64,000 nt of DNA from Eledone cirrhosa (taxonomy: Eukaryota). Positions within the stretch are counted from its first letter, which is position 1, and each line of letters begins with the position of its first letter. A program made the translations under genes and the position numbers. The notes below the pieces were generated by a model. That model had not been told where the DNA came from. It saw only the letters and a program-made list of their open reading frames with translations, and did not search any database. This document shows, in pieces, positions 22,801-34,200 of this stretch. The stretch is from contig OZ024743.1 in the NCBI GenBank assembly GCA_964016885.1, forward strand, positions 140,926,001-140,990,000, written 5' to 3'.

Positions 22801-25800
22801 GGTGCTTGGTGTTTGGTGCTTGGTGCTTGGTGTTTGGTGCTTGGTGTTTGGTGCTTGGTGTTTGGTGCTTGGTGCTTGGTGCTTGGGGCTTGGTGTTTGG
22901 TGTTTGGTGCTTGGTGCTTGGTGTCTGGTTTTTGGTGCTTGGTGCTTGGTGTTTGGTGCTTGTTGCTGGCTGCTTGGTGTTTGGTGCTTGGTGATTGGTG
23001 CTTGGTGTTTGGTGCTTGGTGTTTGGTGTTTGGTGCTTGGTGTTTGTACTTGGTGTTTGGTGCTTGGTGTTTGGTGCTAGGTGCTTGGTGTTTGGTGCTT
23101 GGTGCTTGGTGTTTGGTGCCTGGTGCTTGGTGTTTGGTGTTTGGTGTTTGGTGCTTGGTGCTTGGTGTTTGGTGTTTGCTGTTTGCTGTTTGGTGTTTGT
23201 TGTTTGGTGTTTGTTGTTTGGTGTTTGCTGTTTGGTGTTTGGTGTTTGCTGTTTGGTGTTTGTTGTTTGGTGTTTGTTGTTTGGTGTTTGGTGTTTGGTG
23301 CTTGGTGCTTGGTGTCTGGTTTTTGGTGCTTGGTGTTTGGTGCTTGGTGCTTGGTGTTTGGTGCCTGGTGCTTGGTGTTTGGTGTTTGGTGCTTGGTGCT
23401 TGGAGTTTGGTGTTTGGTGCTTGGTGCTTGGTGTTTCGTGTTTCGTGTTTGGTGCTTGGTGCTTGGTGCTTGGTCCTTGGTGTTTGGTGCTGGGTGCATT
23501 GTGTTTGGTGCTTGGTGCTTGGTGCTTGGTGCTTGGTGTTTGGTGTTTGCTGCTTGGTGTTTGATGCTTGGTGCTTGGTGCTTGGTGTTTTGTGTTTGGT
23601 GCTTGGTGCTTGGTGCTTGGTGTTTGGTGCTTGGTGCTTGGTGCTTGGTGTTTTGTGTTTGGTGCTTGGTGCTTGGTGTTTGGTACTTGGTGCTGGGTGG
23701 TTGGTGTTTGGTGCTTGGTGTTTGGTGCTGGGTGCTTGGTGTTTGGTGCTGGGTGCTTGGTGTTTGGTGCTTGGTGCTTGGTGTTTGGTGCTTGGTGCTG
23801 GGTGGTTGGTGTTTGGTGCTTGGTGTTTGGTGCTGGGTGCTTGGTGTTTGGTGCTGGGTGCTTGGTGTTTGGTGCTTGGTGCTTGGTCTTTGGTGCTTGG
23901 TGTTTGGTGCTTGGTGCTTGGTGCTTGGTGTTTGGTGCTTGGTGCTTGGTGTTTGGTGCTTGGTGCTTGGTGTTTGGTTTTTGGTGCTTGGTGCTTGGTG
24001 TTTGGTGTTTGGTGCTTGCTGCTGGCTGCTTGGTGTTTGATGCATGGTGATTGGTGCTTGGTGTTTGGTGCTTGGTATTTGGTGTTTGATGCTTGGTGCT
24101 TGGTGCTTGGTGTTTGGTGCTTGGTGCTTGGTGTTTGGTGCTTGGTGCTTGGTGTTTGGTGCTTGGTGTTTGGTGCTTGGTGTTTGGTGCTTGGTGCTTG
24201 GTGCTTGGTGCTTGGTGTTTGGTGGTTGGTGCTTGGTGCTTGGTGTTAGGTGTTTGGTGCTTGGTGCTTGGTGTTTGGTGTTTGGTGCTTGGTGTTTGGT
24301 GTTTGGTGCTTGGTGTTTGGTGCTTGGTACTTGGTGCTTGGTGCTTGGTGTTAGGTGTTTGGTGCTTGGTGCTTGGTGTCTGGTTTTTGGTGCTTGGTGC
24401 TTGGTGTTTGGTGTTTGGTGCTTGCTGCTGGCTGCTTGGTGTTTGGTGCTTGGTGATTGGTGCTTGGTGTTTGGTGTTTGGTGTTTGGTGTTTGGTGCTT
24501 GGTGATTGGTGTTTGTACTTGGTGCTTGGTGCTTGGTTCTTGGTGTTTGGTGCTTGGTGCTTGGTGTTTGGTGTTATATGCTTGGTGTTTGATGCTTGGT
24601 GCTTGGTGCTTGGTGCTTGGTGTTTGGTGTTTGGTGTTTGATGCTTGGTGCTTGGTGTTTGGTGCTTGGTGCTTGGTGTTTGTACTTGGTGCTTGGTGCT
24701 TGGTGCTTGGTGTTTGGTGCTTGGTGCTTGGTGCTTGGTCCTTGGTGCTTGGTGTTTGGTGGTTGGTGTTTGGTGCTTGGTGTTAGGTGTTTGGTGCTTG
24801 GTGCTTGGTGTTTGGTCTTTGGTGCTTGGTGTTTGGTGTTTGGTGCTTGGTATTTGGTGCTTGGTACTTGGTGCTTGGTGCTTGGTGTTAGGTGTTTGGT
24901 GCTTGGTGTTTGGTGCTTGGTGTTTGGTGCTTGGTGCTTGGTGCTTGGTGCTTGGTGCTTGGTGTTTGATGCATGGTGATTGGTGCTTGGTGTTTGGTGC
25001 TTGGTATTTGGTGTTTGATGCTTGGTGCTTGGTGCTTGGTGTTTGGTGCTTGGTGCTTGGTGTTTGGTGCTTGGTGCTTGGTGTTTGGTGCTTGGTGTTT
25101 GGTGCTTGGTGTTTGGTGCTTGGTGCTTGGTGCTTGGTGCTTGGTGTTTGGTGGTTGGTGCTTGGTGCTTGGTGTTAGGTGTTTGGTGCTTGGTGCTTGG
25201 TGTTTGGTGTTTGGTGCTTGGTGTTTGGTGTTTGGTGCTTGGTGTTTGGTGCTTGGTACTTGGTGCTTGGTGCTTGGTGTTAGGTGTTTGGTGCTTGGTG
25301 CTTGGTGTCTGGTTTTTGGTGCTTGGTGCTTGGTGTTTGGTGTTTGGTGCTTGCTGCTGGCTGCTTGGTGTTTGGTGCTTGGTGATTGGTGCTTGGTGTT
25401 TGGTGTTTGGTGTTTGGTGTTTGGTGCTTGGTGATTGGTGTTTGTACTTGGTGCTTGGTGCTTGGTTCTTGGTGTTTGGTGCTTGGTGCTTGGTGTTTGG
25501 TGTTATATGCTTGGTGTTTGATGCTTGGTGCTTGGTGCTTGGTGCTTGGTGTTTGGTGTTTGGTGTTTGATGCTTGGTGCTTGGTGTTTGGTGCTTGGTG
25601 CTTGGTGTTTGTACTTGGTGCTTGGTGCTTGGTGCTTGGTGTTTGGTGCTTGGTGCTTGGTGCTTGGTCCTTGGTGCTTGGTGTTTGGTGGTTGGTGTTT
25701 GGTGCTTGGTGTTAGGTGTTTGGTGCTTGGTGCTTGGTGTTTGGTCCTTGGTGCTTGGTGTTTGGTGTTTGGTGCTTGGTATTTGGTGCTTGGTACTTGG

Positions 25801-28200
25801 TGCTTGGTGCTTGGTGTTAGGTGTTTGGTGCTTGGTGTTTGGTGCTTGGTGTTTGGTGCTTGGTGCTTGGTGCTTGGTGCTTGGTGCTTGGTGCTTGGTG
25901 CTTGGTGCTTGGTGTTTGGTGGTTGGTGTTTGGTGCTTGGTGTTTGGTGCTTGGTGTTTGGTGTTTGGTGCTTGGTGTTTGGTGTTTGGTGCTTGGTGTT
26001 TGGTGCTTTTTGCTTGGTGCTTGGTGCTTGGTGTTTGGTGCTGGGTGCTTGGTGCTTGGTGTTTGGTGTTATATGCTTGGTGTTTGATGCTTGGTGCTTG
26101 GTGCTTGGTGTTTGGTGTTTGGTGCTTGGTGTTTGATGCTTGGTGCTTGGTGCTTGGTGTTTGGTGCTTGGTGCTTGGTGTTTGGTGCTTGGTGCTTGGT
26201 GTTTGGTGCTTGGTGTTTGGTGCTTGGTGTTTGGTGCTTGGTGCTTGGTGCTTGGGGCTTGGTGTTTGGTGTTTGGTGCTTGGTGCTTGGTGTCTGGTTT
26301 TTGGTGCTTGGTGCTTGGTGTTTGGTGCTTGTTGCTGGCTGCTTGGTGTTTGGTGCTTGGTGATTGGTGCTTGGTGTTTGGTGCTTGGTGTTTGGTGTTT
26401 GGTGCTTGGTGTTTGTACTTGGTGTTTGGTGCTTGGTGTTTGGTGCTAGGTGCTTGGTGTTTGGTGCTTGGTGCTTGGTGTTTGGTGCCTGGTGCTTGGT
26501 GTTTGGTGTTTGGTGTTTGGTGCTTGGTGCTTGGTGTTTGGTGTTTGCTGTTTGCTGTTTGGTGTTTGTTGTTTGGTGTTTGTTGTTTGGTGTTTGCTGT
26601 TTGGTGTTTGGTGTTTGCTTTTTGGTGTTTGGTGTTTGATGTATGTTGTTTGCTGTTTGGTGTTTGGTGTTTGGTGTTTGGTGCTTGGTGCTTGGTGTTT
26701 GGTGCTTGGTGCCTGGTGTTTGGTGCCTGGTGCTTGGTGTTTGGTGTTTGGTGCTTGCTGCTTGGTGTTTGATGCTTGGTGCTTGGTGCTTGGTGTTTTG
26801 TGTTTGGTGCTTGGTGCTTGGTGCTTGGTGTTTGGTGCTTGGTGCTTGGTGCTTGGTGTTTTGTGTTTGGTGCTTGGTGCTTGGTGTTTGGTACTTGGTG
26901 CTGGGTGGTTGGTGTTTGGTGCTTGGTGTTTGGTGCTGGGTGCTTGGTGTTTGGTGCTGGGTGCTTGGTGTTTGGTGCTTGGTGCTTGGTGTTTGGTGCT
27001 TGGTGCTGGGTGGTTGGTGTTTGGTGCTTGGTGTTTGGTGCTGGGTGCTTGGTGTTTGGTGCTGGGTGCTTGGTGTTTGGTGCTTGGTGCTTGGTCTTTG
27101 GTGCTTGGTGTTTGGTGCTTGGTGCTTGGTGCTTGGTGTTTGGTGCTTGGTGCTTGGTGTTTGGTGCTTGGTGCTTGGGGTTTGGTTTTTGGTGCTTGGT
27201 GCTTGGTGTTTGGTGTTTGGTGCTTGCTGCTGGCTGCTTGGTGTTTGATGCATGGTGATTGGTGCTTGGTGTTTGGTGCTTGGTGTTTGGTGTTTGATGC
27301 TTGGTGCTTGGTGCTTGGTGTTTGGTGCTTGGTGCTTGGTGTTTGGTGCTTGGTGCTTGGTGTTTGGTGCTTGGTGTTTGGTGCTTGGTGTTTGGTGCTT
27401 GGTGCTTGGTGCTTGGTGCTTGGTGTTTGGTGGTTGGTGCTTGGTGCTTGGTGTTAGGTGTTTGGTGCTTGGTGGTTGGTGTTTGGTGTTTGGTGCTTGG
27501 TGTTTGGTGTTTGGTGCTTGGTGTTTGGTGCTTGGTACTTGGTGCTTGGTGCTTGGTGTTAGGTGTTTGGTGCTTGGTGCTTGGTGTCTGGTTTTTGGTG
27601 CTTGGTGCTTGGTGTTTGGTGTTTGGCGCTTGCTGCTGGCTGCTTGGTGTTTGGTGCTTGGTGATTGGTGCTTGGTGTTTGGTGCTTGGTGTTTGGTGTT
27701 TGGTGCTTGGTGATTGGTGTTTGTACTTGGTGCTTGGTACTTGGTTCTTGGTGTTTGGTGCTTGGTGCTTGGTGTTTGGTGTTATATGCTTGGTGTTTGA
27801 TGCTTGGTGCTTGGTGCTTGGTGTTTGGTGTTTGGTGTTTGATGCTTGGTGCTTGGTGTTTGGTGCTTGTTGCTTGGTGTTTGTACTTGGTGCTTGGTGC
27901 TTGGTGCTTGGTGTTTGGTGCTTGGTGCTTGGTGCTTGGTGCTTGGTCCTTGGTGCTTGGTGTTTGGTGGTTGGTGTTTGGTGCTTGGTGTTAGGTGTTT
28001 GGTGCTTGGTGCTTGGTGTTTGGTGTTTGGTGCTTGGTGTTTGGTGTTTGGTGCTTGGTGTTTGGTGCTTGGTACTTGGTGCTTGGTGCTTGGTGTTAGG
28101 TGTTTGGTGCTTGGTGTTTGGTGCTTGGTGTTTGGTGCTTGGTGCTTGGTGCTTGGTGCTTGGTGTTTGGTGGTTGGTGTTTGGTGCTTGGTGTTTGGTG
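19840..28200 (+). repeat. Three related ~3-kb higher-order units
   Basis: TTGGGGC at ~19883, ~22882 and ~26252; ATGCAT at 21034, 24040 and 27248. ORF pairs 20562/23568/26776 and 21038/24044/27252. Confidence 0.85.
24030..25887 (+). repeat. 929-bp tandem duplication (24030-24958 / 24959-25887)
   Basis: Identical ORF pairs 24044/24973, 24093/25022 and 24457/25386. 929 = 131x7 + 2x6, matching two TTGTAC units per copy. Confidence 0.92.
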
Positions 28201-31200
28201 CTTGGTGTTTGGTGTTTGGTGCTTGGTGTTTGGTGTTTGGTGCTTGGTGTTTGGTGCTTTTTGCTTGGTGCTTGGTGCTTGGTGTTTGGTGCTGGGTGCT
28301 TGGTGCTTGGTGTTTGGTGTTATATGCTTGGTGTTTGATGCTTGGTGCTTGGTGCTTGGTGTTTGGTGTTTGGTGCTTGGTGTTTGATGCTTGGTGCTTG
28401 GTGCTTGGTGTTTGGTGCTTGGTGCTTGGTGTTTGGTGCTTGGTGCTTGGTGTTTGGTGCTTGGTGTTTGGTGCTTGGTGCTTGGTGTTTGGTGGTTGGT
28501 GCTTGGTGCTTGGTGTTAGGTGTTTGGTGCTTGGTGCTTGGTGTCTGGTTTTTGGTGCTTGGTGCTTGGTGTTTGGTGCTTGTTGCTGGCTGCTTGGTGT
28601 TTGGTGCTTGGTGATTGGTGCTTGGTGTTTGGTGCTTGGTGTTTGGTGTTTGGTGCTTGGTGTTTGTACTTGGTGTTTGGTGCTTGGTGTTTGGTGCTAG
28701 GTGCTTGGTGTTTGGTGCTTGGTGCTTGGTGTTTGGTGCCTGGTGCTTGGTGTTTGGTGTTTGGTGTTTGGTGCTTGGTGCTTGGTGTTTGGTGTTTGCT
28801 GTTTGCTGTTTGGTGTTTGTTGTTTGGTGTTTGTTGTTTGGTGTTTGCTGTTTGGTGTTTGGTATTTGCTTTTTGGTGTTTGGTGTTTGATGTATGTTGT
28901 TTGCTGTTTGGTGTTTGGTGTTTGGTGTTTGGTGCTTGGTGCTTGGTGTTTGGTGCTTGGTGCTTGGTGTTTAGTGCCTGGTGCTTGGTGCATGGTGCTT
29001 GGTGTTTGGTGTTTGGTGCTTGGTGCTTGGAGTTTGGTGTTTGGTGCTTGGTGCTTGGTGTTTCGTGTTTCGTGTTTGGTTTTTGGTGCTTGGTGCTTGG
29101 TGCTTGGTCCTTGGTGTTTGGTGCTGGGTGCATTGTGTTTGGTGCTTGGCGCTTGGTGCTTGGTGCTTGGTGTTTGGTGTTTGCTGCTTGGTGTTTGATG
29201 CTTGGTGCTTGGTGCTTGGTGTTTTGCGCTTGGTGCTTGGTGCTTGGTGTTTGGTGCTTGGTGCTTGGTGCTTGGTGTTTGTACTTGGTGCTTGGTGATT
29301 GGTGTTTGGTTCTTGGTTCTTGGTGTTTGGTGTTTGGCGTTTGGTGTTTGGTGCTTGGTGCTTGGTGTTTGGTGCTTGGTGCTTGGTGTTTGGTGCCTGG
29401 TGCTTGGTGCTTGGTGTTTGGTGTTTGGTGCTTGGTGCTTGGTGCTTGGAGTTTGGTGTTTGGTGCTTGGTGCTTTGTGTTTTGTGTTTGGTGTTTGGTT
29501 TTTGGTGCTTGGTGCTTGGTCCTTGGTGTTTGGTGCTGGGTGCTTTGTGTTTGGTGCTTGGTGCTTGGTGTTTGGTGTTTGCTGCTTGGTGTTTGATGCT
29601 TGGTGCTTGGTGCTTGGTGTTTTGTGTTTGGTGCTTGGTTCTTGGTGTTTGGTGCTTGGTGCTTGGTACTTGGTGTTTGTACTTGGTGCTTGGTGCTTGG
29701 TGTTTGGTTCTTGGTTCTTGGTGTTTGGTACTTGGTGCTTGGTGCTTGATGTTTGGTGTTTGGTGCTTGGTGTTTGGTGCTTGGTGCTTGGTGCTTGGTG
29801 TTAGGTATTTGGTGCTTGGTCCTTGGTGTGGTGTTTGGTGCTTGGTGTTTGGTGTTTGCTGTTTGGTGTTTGGTGTTTCGTGTTTGGTGTTTGCTGTTTG
29901 GTGTCTGCTTTTTGGTGTTTGCTGTTTGGTGTCTGCTTTTTGGTGTTTAGTGTTTGCTGTATGGTGTTTGGTGTTTGCTGTTTGGTGTTTGGTCTTTGGT
30001 GCTTGGTGTTTGGTGCTTGGTGCTTGGTGTTTGGTGTTTGGTGCTTGGTGCTTGGTGTTTGGTGTTAGGTGCTTGGTGTTTGGTGTTTGGTGCTTGGTGT
30101 CTGGTGCTTGGTGTTTGGTTTTTGGTGCTTGGTGTTTGGTGTTTGGTGCTTGGTGTTTGGTGTTTGGTGTTTGGTGCTTGGTGCTTGGTGTTTGGTGTTT
30201 GGTGTTTGGTGCTTGGTGTCTGGTGCTTGGTGTTTGGTGTTTGGTGCTTGGTGTTTGGTGTTTGGTGTTTGGTGCTTGGTGTCTGGTGCTTGGTGTTTGG
30301 TGTTTGATGCTTGGTGTTTGGTGTTTGGTGTTTGGTGCTTGGTGCTTGGTGCTTGGTGTTTTGTGTTTGGTGCTTGGTGCTTGGTGTTTGGTGCTTGGTG
30401 CTGGGTGGTTGGTGTTTGGTGCTTGGTGTTTGGTGCTGGGTGCTTGGTGTTTGGTGCTGGGTGCTTGGTATTTGGTGCTTGGTGCTTGCTCTTTGGTGCT
30501 TGGTGTTTGGTGCTTGGTGCTTGGTGTTTGGTGCTTGGTGCTTGGTGTTTGGTGCTTGGTGCTTGGTGTTTGGTTTTTGGTGCTTGGTGCTTGGTGTTTG
30601 GTGTTTGGTGCTTGCTGCTGGCTGCTTGGTGTTTGATGCATGGTGATTGGTGCTTGGTGTTTGGTGCTTGGTGTTTGGTGTTTGATGCTTGGTGCTTGGT
30701 GCTTGGTGTTTGGTGCTTGGTGCTTGGTGCTTGGTGTTTGGTGCTTGGTGTTTGGTGCTTGGTGTTTGGTGCTTGGTGCTTGGTGCTTGGTGCTTGGTGT
30801 TTGGTGGTTGGTGCTTGGTGCTTGGTGTTAGGTGTTTGGTGCTTGGTGCTTGGTGGTTGGTGTTTGGTGCTTGGTGTTTGGTGCTGGGTGCTTGGTTTTT
30901 GGTGCTGGGTGCTTGGTGTTTGGTGCTTGGTGCTTGGTGTTTGGTGCTTTGTGTTTGGTGCTTGGTGCTTGGTGCTTGGTGTTTGGTGTTTGGTGCTTGG
31001 TGTTTGGTGCTTGGTGCTTGGTGTTTGGTTTTTGGTGCTTGGTGTTTGGTGTTTGGTGTTTGGTGCTTGCTGCTGGCTGCTTGGTGTTTGATGCATGGTG
31101 ATTTGTGCTTAGTGTTTGGTGCTTGGTGTTTGGTGTTTGATGCTTGGTGCTTGGTGTTTGGTGTTTGATGCTTGGTGCTTGGTGCTTGGTGTTTGGTGCT

Positions 31201-34200
31201 TGGTGTTTGGTGTTTGGTGCTTGGTCATTGGTGTTTCTACTTGGTGCTTGGTGCTTGGTTCTTGGTGTTTGGTGCTTGGTGCTTGGTGTTTGGTGTTATA
31301 TGCTTGGTGTTTGATGCTTGGTGCTTGGTGCTTGGTGTTTGGTGTTTGGTATTTGATGCTTGGTGCTTGGTGTTTGGTGCTTGGTGCTTGGTGTTTGTAC
31401 TTGGTGCTTGGTGCTTGGTGCTTGGTGTTTGGTGCTTGGTATTCGGTGCTTGGGGCTTGGTGCTTGGTACTTGGTGCTTGGTGTTTGGTGGTTGGTGTTT
31501 GGTGGTTGGTGTTACGTGTTTGGTGCTTGGTGCTTGGTGTTTGGTGTTTGGTGTTTGGTGTTTGGTGCTTGGTGTTTGATGCTTGGTGCTTGGTGCTTGG
31601 TGTTTGGTGCTTGGTGCTTGGTGTTTGGTTGTTGGTGCTTGGTGTTTGGTGCTTGGTGTTTGGTGCTTGGTGTTTGGTGCTTGGTGCTTGGTGCTTGGTG
31701 CTTGGTGTTTGGTGTTTGGTGCTTGGTGTTTGGTGCTTGGTACTTGGTGCTTGGTGCTTGGTGTTAGGTGTTTGGTGCTTGGTGCTTGGTGTCTGGTTTT
31801 TGGTGCTTGGTTCTTGGTGTTTGGTGCTTGCTGCTGGCTGCTTGGTGTTTGGTGCTTGGTGATTGGTGCTTGGTGTTTGGTGTTTGGTGCTAGGTGCTTG
31901 GTGTTTGGTGCTTGGTGCTTGGTGTTTGCACTTGGTGCTTGGTGCTTGGTTCTTGGTGTTTGGTGCTTCGTGCTTGGTGTTTGGTGCTTGGTGCTTGGTG
32001 TTTGGTGCTTGGTGTTTGGTGCTTGGTGTTTGGTGCTTGGTGCTTGGTGCTTGGTGTTTGGTGCTTGGTGTTTGGTGCTTGGTGTTAGGTGTTTGGTGCT
32101 TGGTGCTTGGTGTTTGGTGTTTGGTGCTTGGTGTTTGGTGTTTGGTGTTATATGCTTGGTGTTTGATGCTTGGTGCTTGGTGCTTGGTGTTTGGCGCTTG
32201 GTGTTTGATGCTTGGTGCTTGGTGCTTGGTATTTGGTGCTTGGTGCTTGGTGTTTGTACTTGGTGCTTGGTGCTTGGTTCTTGGTGTTTGGTGCTTGCTG
32301 CTTGGTGTTTGGTGCTTGGTGCTTGGTGTTTGGTGCTTGGTGTTTGGTGCTTGGTGTTTGGTGCTTGGTGCTTGGTGCTTAGTGCTTGGTGTTTGGTGCT
32401 TGGTGTTAGGTGTTTGGTGCTTGGTGCTTGGTGTTTGGTGTTTGGTGCTTGGTGTTTGGTGCTTGGTGTTTGGTGTTAGGTGTTTGGTGCTTGGTGTTTG
32501 GTGTTTGGTGCTTGGTGTTTGTTGCTTGGTGTTTGGTGCTTGGTGTTTCGTGCTTGGTACTTGGTGCTTGGTGCTTCGTGTTAGGTGTTTGGTGCTTGGT
32601 ACTTGGTGTTTGGTGTTTGGTTTTTGGTGCTTGGTGTTTGGTGTTTGGTGTTTGGTGCTTGCTGCTGGCTGCTTGGTGTTTGATGCATGGTGATTTGTGC
32701 TTGGTGTTTGGTGCTTGGTGTTTGGTGTTTGATGCTTGGTGCTTGGTGTTTGGTGTTTGATGCTTGGTGCTTGGTGCTTGGTGTTTGGTGCTTGGTGTTT
32801 GGTGTTTGGTGCTTGGTCATTGGGGTTTCTACTTGGTGCTTGGTGCTTGGTTCTTGGTGTTTGGTGCTTGGTGCTTGGTGTTTGGTGTTATATGCTTGGT
32901 GTTTGATGCTTGGTGCTTGGTGCTTGGTGTTTGGTGTTTGGTGTTTGATGCTTGGTGCTTGGTGTTTGGTGCTTGGTGCTTGGTGTTTGTACTTGGTGCT
33001 TGGTGCTTGGTGCTTGGTGTTTGGTGCTTGGTATTTGGTGCTTGGTGCTTGGTGCTTGGTCCTTGGTGCTTGGTGTTTGGTGGTTGGTGTTTGGTGGTTG
33101 GTGTTAGGTGTTTGGTGCTTGGTGCTTGGTGTTTGATGTTTGGTGCTTGGTGTTTGGTGTTTGGTGCTTGGTGTTTGGTGCTTGGTACTTGGTGCTTGGT
33201 GCTTGGTGTTAGGTGTTTGGTGCTTGGTGTTTGGTGCTTGGTGTTTGGTGCTTGGTGCTTGGTGCTTGGTGCTTGGTGTTTGGTGGTTGGTGTTTGGTGC
33301 TTGGTGCTTGGTGTTTGGTGCTTGGTGTTACGTGTTTGGTGCTTGGTGCTTGGTGTTTGGTGTTTGGTGCTTGGTGTTTGGTGTTTGGTGCTTGGTGTTT
33401 GGTGTTTGGTGCTTGGTGTCTGGTGCTTGGTGTTTGGTTTTTGGTGCTTGGTGTTTGGTGTTTGGTGCTTGGTGTTTGGTGTTTGGTGTTTGGTGCTTGG
33501 TGCTTGGTGTTTGGTGTTTGGTGTTTGGTGCTGGGTGCTTGGTATTTGGTGCTTGGTGCTTGGTCTTTGGTGCTTGGTGTTTGGTGCTTGGTGCTTGGTG
33601 TTTGGTGCTTGGTGCTTGGTGTTTGGTGCTTGGTGCTTGGTGTTTGGTTTTTGGTGCTTGGTGCTTGGTGTTTGGTGCTGGGTGCTTGGTGCTTGGTGTT
33701 TGGTGTTATATGCTTGGTGTTTGATGCTTGGTGCTTGGTGCTTGGTGTTTGGTGTTTGGTGCTTGGTGTTTGATGCATGGTGCTTGGTGCTTGGTGTTTG
33801 GTGCTTGGTGCTTGGTGTTTGGTGCTTGGTGCTTGGTGTTTGGTGCTTGGTGTTTGGTGCTTGGTGTTTGGTGCTTGGTGCTTGGTGCTTGGTGCTTGGT
33901 GTTTGGTGTTTGGTGCTTGGTGTTTGGTGCTTGGTACTTGGTGCTTGGTGCTTGGTGTTAGGTGTTTGGTGCTTGGTGCTTGGTGTCTGGTTTTTGGTGC
34001 TTGGTGCTTGGTGTTTGGTGCTTGCTGCTGGCTGCTTGGTGTTTGGTGCTTGGTGATTGGTGCTTGGTGTTTGGTGTTTGGTGCTAGGTGCTTGGTGTTT
34101 GGTGCTTGGTGCTTGGTGTTTGTACTTGGTGCTTGGTGCTTGGTTCTTGGTGTTTGGTGCTTCGTGCTTGGTGTTTGTACTTGGTGCTTGGTGATTGGTG

